Sequence record: NC_041973.1
DNA length: 64,000 nucleotides
Direction: 5' to 3' (one strand)
The translations under genes were made by a program, and so were the position numbers. Shown here one piece after another: positions 26,624 through 34,840 of the stretch; position 1 is the first letter of the stretch, and the number at the start of each line of letters is the position of its first letter. Below the pieces are notes generated by a model. That model was not told where the DNA came from and ran no database searches. It saw nothing but the letters and a program-made list of their open reading frames with translations.

Positions 26624-27163
26624 ATGTCTGACGTTATCGTTATTCCTCGTTTAAGTGTAGTAAAAGGCGGATCGTATCAGCAGGTCAGTGGTGGTGTGTT
26701 AGCACAACTGCGACTTATCCTTGGTCCGGATATCCGCAACGTTGTGTTGCATGGCGCCCAGCGCAGTCATGCTAAGTTGTTAGTGGATGCCCTGCGGGCT
26801 GAGTACGAGCCCTTTGGTGTGACGCTGCAGTTCAATGCCAAGCCGTTGTACGACACGCTGGATATCAGTTGGCCAGACAGTGATGCGGTGACGATCCTAA
26901 CCCTTCGCCCTGAAGAGTTTGATGTCGAAGCGCCGTTACGTCTGAGCCACGACACCCACATCGTGGTTATCAGCACCAAACCGATCCTGACCACCCAACT
27001 GCTCAATCTCTACGACCATGCCGTTATGAGCGGTGTGCACGTTACACTGTTCACCACTGGGTATGTTCCAGCCGGGATCGTGTTGCTTGAGCCGTTGGAA
27101 GGGTTTGTTTATCAGCCGATGATTGACAACGTTATCAAGACACGGGCGATGGCACACGTGTAA
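26624..27163 (+). CDS. Hypothetical protein
   Basis: AGGTG RBS, operon spacing. Confidence 0.7.
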   Translation: MSDVIVIPRLSVVKGGSYQQVSGGVLAQLRLILGPDIRNVVLHGAQRSHAKLLVDALRAEYEPFGVTLQFNAKPLYDTLDISWPDSDAVTILTLRPEEFDVEAPLRLSHDTHIVVISTKPILTTQLLNLYDHAVMSGVHVTLFTTGYVPAGIVLLEPLEGFVYQPMIDNVIKTRAMAHV

Positions 27164-27187
27164 TTGGCGACATAATCTGCTGTTTAT

Positions 27188-27607
27188 ATGTTAACCGGCC
27201 TCCTGGTTATTCCGGGAGGCTTTTATAGCAGCATTCATTTTTTATCGAGGTTGGGTATGGTTGGTATTGGCTTATCTATCTGCTTTCGTTTACGTGCAGA
27301 AGAAGTCGACCCTTTCTTGGTGGGGGTGTGTAATTACGATGTCCTGATCACCGAGGAGCGGGTGCCCAGTTTATTGAAAGAGTTGGAGGGGATGTTTAAG
27401 CGGGTGATGTATCGTTACGATCATCAGTGTGATTTCAAACTGGAAGGTAACCTGCTGGAGATCGTGTTGCCGTTTCACCCTAACCCGTTTGAAGGAAAGC
27501 TTGCACCGGCAATCACCGTGCGCATCCCTAAAGATGTGAACTATGCGGTGAATGGATGTATGAAAGAAACCCATGAAGTGTTGTATCCGCTGACCAAAGC
27601 AGCTTAA
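27188..27607 (+). CDS. Hypothetical protein
   Basis: 139-aa ORF; true start may lie downstream. Confidence 0.55.
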   Translation: MLTGLLVIPGGFYSSIHFLSRLGMVGIGLSICFRLRAEEVDPFLVGVCNYDVLITEERVPSLLKELEGMFKRVMYRYDHQCDFKLEGNLLEIVLPFHPNPFEGKLAPAITVRIPKDVNYAVNGCMKETHEVLYPLTKAA

Positions 27608-27619
27608 AGAATTTATAAA

Positions 27620-27637
27620 CCTACATTACTCTCGTGA
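27620..27637 (+). promoter_or_regulatory. Phage early promoter motif
   Basis: CCTACATTAC-tctc-GTGA. Confidence 0.75.
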
Positions 27638-27666
27638 TGTAAGATAATTAACTAAGTGGGTGCATT

Positions 27667-28284
27667 ATGGCCTGGAATGGGTATGTCCTGGAATTCTTGG
27701 GCAATGACCTCGGGAAGTATTACCTGGGAATCAGTAACATCGATGCTAAGCAGCAAGATGAGTTGATGCTTGCAGCATTGCGTGCCGGTGGTCCTGCGCT
27801 ACCAGTAGAGATCCAAACAGCCTATAAACAGATGGCTGAGAAAGAAGTCTTGCTGTTTACCCATGTTCCGTTTAATGCGGAGTATGCGGTTGTGGAAGCC
27901 TGGCAGAATGATCACATTCATGCACAGTCTCTGAAAGCACGTCGGTTTCGATTCTCGAGTCATCGACGAGAGACACTGTTCCAATGTATCAATGCCGAAC
28001 AGATTGTCAGTAAGATAAAGCAATTGCGCAGTCGAGTGACCGTGCAAGCCGGTATCCGTTTTGATGGCTTTTATCATCCACAACTGATGATGACTGACCA
28101 ACAATGGGTGCAGGAGCTGGAGATGCTCAATCAACTGCAATCGCTTTATTATTATCTGGGCGATTTCATTGAGTTCTTTGATGAAGAGTTCAAGGAGTTC
28201 AAAGGCACCGAAAGTGTCAAGGCGTTACCTTACCGCAATCCGTATTTCATCAACTTAGGATTGCAGTTAAGTCAGATGTGTTAA
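27667..28284 (+). CDS. Hypothetical protein
   Basis: 205-aa ORF directly after promoter. Confidence 0.75.
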   Translation: MAWNGYVLEFLGNDLGKYYLGISNIDAKQQDELMLAALRAGGPALPVEIQTAYKQMAEKEVLLFTHVPFNAEYAVVEAWQNDHIHAQSLKARRFRFSSHRRETLFQCINAEQIVSKIKQLRSRVTVQAGIRFDGFYHPQLMMTDQQWVQELEMLNQLQSLYYYLGDFIEFFDEEFKEFKGTESVKALPYRNPYFINLGLQLSQMC

Positions 28285-28336
28285 CCCTCCTACCTTGGCC
28301 TATCATGGCCGCTTACTAAAGCAAAGAGAGATTACC

Positions 28337-28966
28337 ATGAATATCATCAACACTGTATGTGAACTGACCAACATCTCCATCGCCATCAGCATCACCCATG
28401 ATGAGGAGGTGAACTCCACCCTGGTGGCATTGGATATCAACAATGTCCCGTTCTTCAGCTACCAGTGGGGTCAGGTAACCAAAGGTCAGCGTAAAGTCCA
28501 GCTGGGTGCTACAAGCCACGGGCTGAGTGCATTGTATCTGCACCTGCATCACAATGTCATCGACAGCCGTAACACCGACATCGCCCAGTGCTATCTCACC
28601 AACCGGGATGAGATCTTAGCCGTCGTGCGAGACCTGGGTGTGATCTTCAATGGCACTGAGTGGATTGAGAAACTCGATATCTCGCATTACCGTCTGGCAA
28701 TCGAAGAGCAGTTCCCAGGGGAAACCAAAGCAGTGATGGTGCTGACCAGCAAGGGCGATGAACACCGTGCGGCGTACACTTTCACTGCTAACAATTTAGG
28801 TGACCTTATGGGGACCGGGATCAAGCGGGGTGAAACGGTGGTGTTAAGCGGACATAACAGCCGGTTTGTTCACGACTACGCATCCACTGTAGTGCCGCCT
28901 CAGATCAGCGATGTCATCAGCAGTCATGCCGATACATTGAAAGCCCGTTTTCCGGCGTTAGTTTAA
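28337..28966 (+). CDS. Hypothetical protein
   Basis: GAGAG RBS before ATG 28337. Confidence 0.75.
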   Translation: MNIINTVCELTNISIAISITHDEEVNSTLVALDINNVPFFSYQWGQVTKGQRKVQLGATSHGLSALYLHLHHNVIDSRNTDIAQCYLTNRDEILAVVRDLGVIFNGTEWIEKLDISHYRLAIEEQFPGETKAVMVLTSKGDEHRAAYTFTANNLGDLMGTGIKRGETVVLSGHNSRFVHDYASTVVPPQISDVISSHADTLKARFPALV

Positions 28967-28999
28967 TCTCCCCTTTTCCTTCTATTTAGAGAAACCGTT

Positions 29000-30640
29000 A
29001 TGCACATTCAAGATATGACCTTCCGCATTCTCGTGGCTACCGATACCGCTGTTTCATCTACCGGGAACGTTTTGTATCTCGTTAATCAAAATGATGAGGT
29101 GGTCATCGAACACTCCATCACCGATGAAACATTAAACGACATCAGTAATGGCGGGGATTACGATAGCGACGAGTTTAAGAAAGCGGCGGCGGCTTATCTG
29201 TATACTTGTTACTTGTATACGCGCGACTACCCTGAAGGTAAAGGTGCGGCAAGCTATGACTTCCATCGCACTGCAGGTATTATTCTGATGCAGTTTGTTG
29301 AAGAAGAAAGTCTTGGTGAATTCGAACCCGATGACTGGAACCTGGCAGAGGTCATGGTCCCTGGGTTACCAGAAAGCACCCGGGCCTTCGTATTCAGTAA
29401 TGACGGCTCTGACATTAACATCCGTATCTATCGTCAAGACCGTGGGTTGGTGAACGATCGTCTGTTCACCTATGGTGATGAAGAGACGGTTCCTTCTATT
29501 GAAGAGATGCTTGCGCAATGGGATGCTGATGTCGCTCCTACCGCCGATCCGGTACAGGAAAACGCAGCCAGCATCTCGTTTGGCGACGTCTCCTTTATTT
29601 ACACCCTGGACATGAGCAAGGAAGGACGCGAGCAACGTAAAGCTATCATGCAGGTGGTAATTGGTGAGCGCCTGGTGGCACAGCAGAAAGTCCATGAGAA
29701 CACCCAACCGCTCATGTATTACATGATGGAAGTGTTCAACATGCTGGCGCTGCGCATGACAGTGGGTCCGGTAGAAGGCATTAATGCTCAAGACCGGGTA
29801 ACCTTACTGACGGCTATCAGCGGGTTTGTGGGCGGGCATTTAGCGATGCCTGATCAGGTGCAAATCGCAGAAGGTATGCAGTACATGCACGAAGGTGCGA
29901 TCAGTGATGAGGTAACCTACATGGTTTCACATCAGTTGATTGCCGACAACCATCTGCGGGCAACCTACCAGTTCAATACCGTGGTCGATGAAACGATGCG
30001 TCGTTCAATCACCATGTGTGATGAAGTGAGCTACCTGGAAAACCCGATGAGTCCACAGGCGTTCTTCACTGCGTATCAGGCAGACCTCAGTCGTGAGCTG
30101 AAACTATCTCGGTTGTTTGACATCGCAATGATTGCGGCCATCGATCGGGGTCAGGGTCTCGGTAAAGATAACGAACTGCTGTACCGTATCAAAGAAGACA
30201 TGAAGTACTTCAAAGAGATGACACTGCATTCACCGGTGATCATGGGACGGAAAACGTATGAGTCGTTACCGAACCCGTTGGTAGATCGCCTGAACATCGT
30301 TATCACTACTGCTCCGACCAACACCTATACCACCCGCTCAGGTGTGGTGTTCGTCAACAGCAAAGAAGAAGCCCTGCTGCACGCGAAGGGTTATCTGGCT
30401 GAACACGGCGGTGATAAGATCTGGATTATCGGGGGTGCGAGTATCTATGCTGCATTCCTGCCAGATGCCAAAGAGATCCACCTGACCACCATCGGTACTG
30501 AACGTGAAGATGCTGATACGTTCTTCCCGGAAGTTGATCTGCGTCAGTTTAACGCTGCACGTCAGTTTGAGGAAGACCAGGTGTTCGAGCGTGAAGGTGA
30601 AACCTTTGGCTACAACCGCGTCATCCTGACCCGTAAGTAA
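29000..30640 (+). CDS. folA: Unknown N-terminal region fused to C-terminal dihydrofolate reductase
   Basis: MIAAID..GLGKDNELLY.IKEDMKYFKEMT..PVIMGRKTYESLP.PL.DRLNIVIT, IWIIGGASIY, DTFFP in last ~175 aa. Confidence 0.9.
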   Translation: MHIQDMTFRILVATDTAVSSTGNVLYLVNQNDEVVIEHSITDETLNDISNGGDYDSDEFKKAAAAYLYTCYLYTRDYPEGKGAASYDFHRTAGIILMQFVEEESLGEFEPDDWNLAEVMVPGLPESTRAFVFSNDGSDINIRIYRQDRGLVNDRLFTYGDEETVPSIEEMLAQWDADVAPTADPVQENAASISFGDVSFIYTLDMSKEGREQRKAIMQVVIGERLVAQQKVHENTQPLMYYMMEVFNMLALRMTVGPVEGINAQDRVTLLTAISGFVGGHLAMPDQVQIAEGMQYMHEGAISDEVTYMVSHQLIADNHLRATYQFNTVVDETMRRSITMCDEVSYLENPMSPQAFFTAYQADLSRELKLSRLFDIAMIAAIDRGQGLGKDNELLYRIKEDMKYFKEMTLHSPVIMGRKTYESLPNPLVDRLNIVITTAPTNTYTTRSGVVFVNSKEEALLHAKGYLAEHGGDKIWIIGGASIYAAFLPDAKEIHLTTIGTEREDADTFFPEVDLRQFNAARQFEEDQVFEREGETFGYNRVILTRK

Positions 30641-30695
30641 TTTAACCCCCTGGGGAGGCAACTCCCCATTCTTGTCTATAAAGGAAACATTTCTC

Positions 30696-31328
30696 ATGGC
30701 GATTGAAAAAGCAGCAGTACCGGCAAACGTAGTCGAGATCACTGGCAAGACCCTGGACCAGGCCCGCGGTGATATCCCGAACGCTATCATGTTACTGGAC
30801 AGCAATACGGTCGATGTGCGCTACACCCCAGCATTCAATAAACTGCCTGCTGATCTGCAACACGTCATCCTGGTTGCACAGATCGGCAACCCAGTAATCT
30901 CATTAGAGCGCCCACTGGATGCGACCGGAAAGGTTGATGCAACCAACCCGAACATGGTGATTGCCGCGGCAGTGCAGCAAGATGGCCAGCCACTGGGGAT
31001 CTATCATCCAGCCTTGATGGGTCGTCTGCGTCAGATTCCAAATGGCTATCTGCTTTATACCCACTATCACACTAACAGCAAAGCAGACTTCTCTTATCCG
31101 GCGTTTGAGAAAGCCTTGGCGGAATATTGCATGCTGGCGTTTGCGTTAGGTACGAAAGAGCAACCGGTGGTAATTAACATGCCCGGTCTGCAATGTGCCA
31201 ATAGCTTCGTCTGGGAAGAGGTCAACGGTGAACGTGTCCCAACACTGAGCCCGCGTCATCTTGAGCGTGTGAAAGAAGTGATTGCTAACACCATGTTCGC
31301 CGGGTCAACTGTTTATCTGGTGTTGTGA
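30696..31328 (+). CDS. Hypothetical protein, possibly degenerate macrodomain
   Basis: AAGGA RBS before ATG 30696; LYTHY..DFSYPAF..INMPGLQC echoes phage macrodomain C-terminus. Confidence 0.55.
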   Translation: MAIEKAAVPANVVEITGKTLDQARGDIPNAIMLLDSNTVDVRYTPAFNKLPADLQHVILVAQIGNPVISLERPLDATGKVDATNPNMVIAAAVQQDGQPLGIYHPALMGRLRQIPNGYLLYTHYHTNSKADFSYPAFEKALAEYCMLAFALGTKEQPVVINMPGLQCANSFVWEEVNGERVPTLSPRHLERVKEVIANTMFAGSTVYLVL

Positions 31329-31519
31329 TGAAAGCGTGTCCGCTCTGTGCTTCATCGGCTAAGACCTACAAATACGCGTTAGTGTTCTGGGGTGTGCGTT
31401 GTACCAGTTGCATGCTGTTCCTCAAAGATATGAACACCTCTGAGGCAGCGGCTATTCGTCAGTGGGATACACGCATTACCCCCGAAGAGAAAGCAGCAAA
31501 GAAACGCAAGAAAGCTTAA
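31328..31519 (+). CDS. Lar-like (restriction alleviation family) zinc-ribbon protein
   Basis: MKACPLC...VRCTSC...EAAAIRQWDTR; TGATG overlap. Confidence 0.7.
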   Translation: MKACPLCASSAKTYKYALVFWGVRCTSCMLFLKDMNTSEAAAIRQWDTRITPEEKAAKKRKKA

Positions 31520-31540
31520 CCCCTGGATAAAGGAGTCGTC

Positions 31541-31855
31541 GTGCTGAAAAGAACAGTACTGAGTTTGGTCACCTGCTTTATGCTATCGGGCTGCGGAATG
31601 GCAGAATCCGAAGATGTGCCGGTCAAATCGGTTGAGGGTGTTGTGATCAGCGATGAGGTCTGTCAAGTCGGTCAAAAGTGCGAGGCAGTGATTGCCCGCG
31701 ATCAAACCGCCTGGACATACCAGATTGCAGAAGGGCCTTTTAAGAAAGGCACGGTGCTTTATAAAGCGTGTGCATATCACCGTACACACGAGCGCTGCAG
31801 TTCGGTCTGGTCACCCACTCCCGATCGGTTTATTCCGCCGGAGTCAAAGAACTAA
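31541..31855 (+). CDS. Lipoprotein
   Basis: AAGGAG RBS; lipobox LSGC after hydrophobic leader. Confidence 0.75.
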   Translation: MLKRTVLSLVTCFMLSGCGMAESEDVPVKSVEGVVISDEVCQVGQKCEAVIARDQTAWTYQIAEGPFKKGTVLYKACAYHRTHERCSSVWSPTPDRFIPPESKN

Positions 31856-31915
31856 GTTGTAACCACGGCGTGTCATGCGCCGTTTTAATTTAACCCTGCT
31901 GTAAGGTAATTCACC

Positions 31916-33004
31916 ATGAAAGACTCAGAACACCAAGATACTACAATTGATAATGTCTCTCAGTATGCGGGAGAACTGGCGGACCTGATTGAAGAGTTTG
32001 TGGCAGACCGATTTACCTTAATGGATGATGCGGTTCTTGAATCCCTTTATGCCGACTTACCGGATGTCACCTATTTGAAAGGTGTGGTGAAAGGCTTACG
32101 TCGAAACCTGATGCGACAGGCAGCATCGATCAATGTCGAAGACGCATACCCGAAAGTTATGCTGTTTAAAGAACAACCGTTAACCGCTGAGGATATCAAA
32201 GAGATTATCCAGGCCGATTGCCCGGACATGCCGGCGGATGAAGTTACACAAACCGTAACAGAAGTCATGACGGCAACTGATGAAGACGACGATGACGATA
32301 ATAGCGAAGCGCTGCGTCTACGGGAAAGCAACAAACTCGAACATATCCCAAGCCTTGATGAACTCATGCAAGCGGATGGGAAAGGCTGGGGTTCGGTGAG
32401 TGCGGTGATCACACCCCCGCCAGTCATTGAACCTGCTCGTCCTGCAAGACCCTCACGCGCTGAACGCTTTGGTACCTCAAACGTTGAGTTAGCTGAATTA
32501 CTGAGTCAGGCCAAGCCGGGCAGTGTGTTCTCTATTGACACCATTAAATCTGCAAAAGATAAAAACCTGGTGTTGGTGAAATCGCCCGAGACAAAACACT
32601 TTGAACCCCTGCGTCTGTTAGAGCGTTCTGATCCGCAATATTACCAATACATGTGGCCAGCATTATTCGAAGCCCTGGAGGCTGTGTTGAATGACACAAG
32701 CTTAACGGTGAATCGGATGCGTCGTCTGGATGAAGAGATGCTTGCACGCTTTGGTGATACCTTAGCTGCCGCGGTCACGACTATCCTGAGTATTGGTAAT
32801 CACGATCTGTTGATTAAAGAGAACGTCAACTATTTCATGCAGCAGTGTAATGACCGTGGACTGGATATCAAACTCTATATGGGTGCTAAGGTTTATAAGC
32901 AAGGTCGCTGGATTAACACCTGGATCGACGCAACATTACAAACCCCTAAAGGCAAGTTTATCTTTGGTACCCCGGAGGTGGATGTGGTATGGCAAGCGAA
33001 ATGA
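31916..33004 (+). CDS. Hypothetical acidic protein
   Basis: AAGGT RBS, 362 aa. Confidence 0.8.
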   Translation: MKDSEHQDTTIDNVSQYAGELADLIEEFVADRFTLMDDAVLESLYADLPDVTYLKGVVKGLRRNLMRQAASINVEDAYPKVMLFKEQPLTAEDIKEIIQADCPDMPADEVTQTVTEVMTATDEDDDDDNSEALRLRESNKLEHIPSLDELMQADGKGWGSVSAVITPPPVIEPARPARPSRAERFGTSNVELAELLSQAKPGSVFSIDTIKSAKDKNLVLVKSPETKHFEPLRLLERSDPQYYQYMWPALFEALEAVLNDTSLTVNRMRRLDEEMLARFGDTLAAAVTTILSIGNHDLLIKENVNYFMQQCNDRGLDIKLYMGAKVYKQGRWINTWIDATLQTPKGKFIFGTPEVDVVWQAK

Positions 33005-33306
33005 TTGAATGGGAAAAGCTCTTTAACTCGCTAAAGGCGATTGAACAAAGCGACCAGGTCTGTGATTTACCGACGCGCAATCTGTCGGTCATGATGGCAC
33101 AGCGGCGCCTCAAGGCTGGATTGCAACGCTCAGTGAAACGGGTGGACGCGATCATGAGCGCACAGGTACAAACCGACGAAGCGTACGATGAACTGATGCA
33201 TCGACTGCAAGTGCTGGCATTGCCTGTCACTGTGACGCGCTTTACCGGTGGGAAGTGGAATCATGGAGTGATCAGAACCAAGAAAGGTACGATCATGTAT
33301 GGTTAG
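33001..33306 (+). CDS. Hypothetical protein
   Basis: ATGA overlap with previous stop. Confidence 0.65.
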   Translation: MIEWEKLFNSLKAIEQSDQVCDLPTRNLSVMMAQRRLKAGLQRSVKRVDAIMSAQVQTDEAYDELMHRLQVLALPVTVTRFTGGKWNHGVIRTKKGTIMYG

Positions 33307-33619
33307 AAATAACGTTGTCTCTATTTATAAACCGACGTTTCGTAAACGTCTCGCTGTCGACCCGATGGTAGTCATCACCGAGTTGCAGCATGTCTTTACA
33401 GTGATTGAACTGTGTAAAGCATCTAACAAATATGACCATCGTGTGTATGGTAAATTGCTGAAAGATGAGGTACAATTAGTTCGTGACTGTGCAGCGGTGC
33501 TTGTACGACATGTGCAGACACCATCCATCGTGCAGATGTTGCAAACCGCAATTACCCACGAGAAGCCGGTTGAGTTGATTGCAGCCCGACACGGTGAGTT
33601 TTTACAATTGATAAATTAA
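33299..33619 (+). CDS. Hypothetical protein
   Basis: AAAGGT RBS; overlaps previous stop. Confidence 0.65.
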   Translation: MVRNNVVSIYKPTFRKRLAVDPMVVITELQHVFTVIELCKASNKYDHRVYGKLLKDEVQLVRDCAAVLVRHVQTPSIVQMLQTAITHEKPVELIAARHGEFLQLIN

Positions 33620-33645
33620 CCCCTGAGTATAAGGAAAATAAAAAT

Positions 33646-33936
33646 ATGGCTAAGAAGATTACCGCAGCAGCTTTAGAGAAAGACATCTTTGATCACGAAG
33701 GCATCCGTGTCATCTTCCGTGTACCAACTGGTAAGCGCATTGCTGAACAGAAATACACTGAAGTCTTCACGAATCGTTCGCCAAAGAACTACACGTTAAA
33801 AACCTTACGCGAACGCATTGTCCGTGTGGTGGGTGAGAACATTGAGTTCTCCATCATCACAGGCGGCGGTGAGATCGCAAACGGCAATTACAAGATCGGT
33901 AACTTACGCACCACCTACGAAGTAATCGAAGAGTAA
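33646..33936 (+). CDS. Small protein, possible beta-grasp fold
   Basis: AAGGA RBS; ends at terminator. Confidence 0.75.
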   Translation: MAKKITAAALEKDIFDHEGIRVIFRVPTGKRIAEQKYTEVFTNRSPKNYTLKTLRERIVRVVGENIEFSIITGGGEIANGNYKIGNLRTTYEVIEE

Positions 33937-33941
33937 TAGAC

Positions 33942-33993
33942 GGCATAAGAGGAGGAGCAAACGCTCCTCCTCTGTTTATGCTGCTTTTTTTTT
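33942..33993. terminator. Bidirectional terminator
   Basis: GGCATAA-GAGGAGGAGC-AAAC-GCTCCTCCTC-TG-TTTATGCTGC-T-run between convergent genes. Confidence 0.9.
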
Positions 33994-34831
33994 ATCCTGC
34001 GACCACAGTCTGGTCGGCAGTTAATGCAGAAGGGAAGCTTCGACCTTTACCCCAGATGATACGAATCCCGCCTGTACCTGGCGTGTAACCAGAACCCATC
34101 CCGGCACCACCACCGTATCGTCCACCGGTGCCGCCATTTGCGGCAGTGCCTGCAGACCCGGCTTTACCAAACTGCGTAATTGTACCGCCTGCTCCGGACG
34201 TGCTACCGATTGAGATATCCCCACTGGCACCTTCACCGTAGAGGCCAACACCCCCACCACCGGCGCCATAACGGTTACCGTTATAAGACCAACCAGCACC
34301 CCCACCACCGCCACCTCCTTTACCGGCCTGACCGTCCACTGTAGGACAGCCACCCATTCCGCCATCACCGGAGTAACCACCTGCGCCACCGCCACCGTTA
34401 TTGGTGCCGGCAGTCTGTCCACCCAACCCACCGTTTCCACCACCGAGAAGAGGTAGACTAATGGGGGTACTGGTGCTGGTCGAATCACCACCCCTGGCTA
34501 GCAACAAGACCGTATTGCCCCTTAAGAGTTTACTGTCGTTGCCGGTCATGTCACCAACGACCAGGGTCAGAACTTCACCCGGGGTCACTTTCAAACGGTT
34601 AACATAACGTAGATCACCACCACGCGCACCGATATGAGGTGTACCGGTAAGTCCTTTGCCACCCGAGCCAACAGCCACAGCACAGATATCAAACACACCG
34701 GCAGGTACCGTCCAAGAGGTGGTTCCGCTGGTTGCAAATATCTGCTGACCTACCGCAGTGGTGTCACTATCCGGTAACGGACCTCCCCCGGATACTGGTC
34801 GGTAACTTGAGTTCAGTAACAGTTCAAACAC
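33992..34831 (-). CDS. Glycine-rich virion/fibre-associated protein, paralog of 21714..22496
   Basis: GGAG RBS, GTG start; WTVPAGV, Gly-rich core, GGIRIIWGKGRSFP. Confidence 0.8.
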   Translation of the reverse strand: MFELLLNSSYRPVSGGGPLPDSDTTAVGQQIFATSGTTSWTVPAGVFDICAVAVGSGGKGLTGTPHIGARGGDLRYVNRLKVTPGEVLTLVVGDMTGNDSKLLRGNTVLLLARGGDSTSTSTPISLPLLGGGNGGLGGQTAGTNNGGGGAGGYSGDGGMGGCPTVDGQAGKGGGGGGGAGWSYNGNRYGAGGGGVGLYGEGASGDISIGSTSGAGGTITQFGKAGSAGTAANGGTGGRYGGGAGMGSGYTPGTGGIRIIWGKGRSFPSALTADQTVVAG

Positions 34832-34840
34832 GGTAACTCC

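Noticed and set aside
26624-27163. Degenerate P-loop (VVLHGAQRSHAK)
   Set aside because: Lacks GK[ST]; cannot support an NTPase call
27667-27750. GIY-YIG-like start (GYVLEF..KYYLGIS)
   Set aside because: Downstream catalytic Arg/Glu/Asn pattern not recognisable; too weak to call a nuclease
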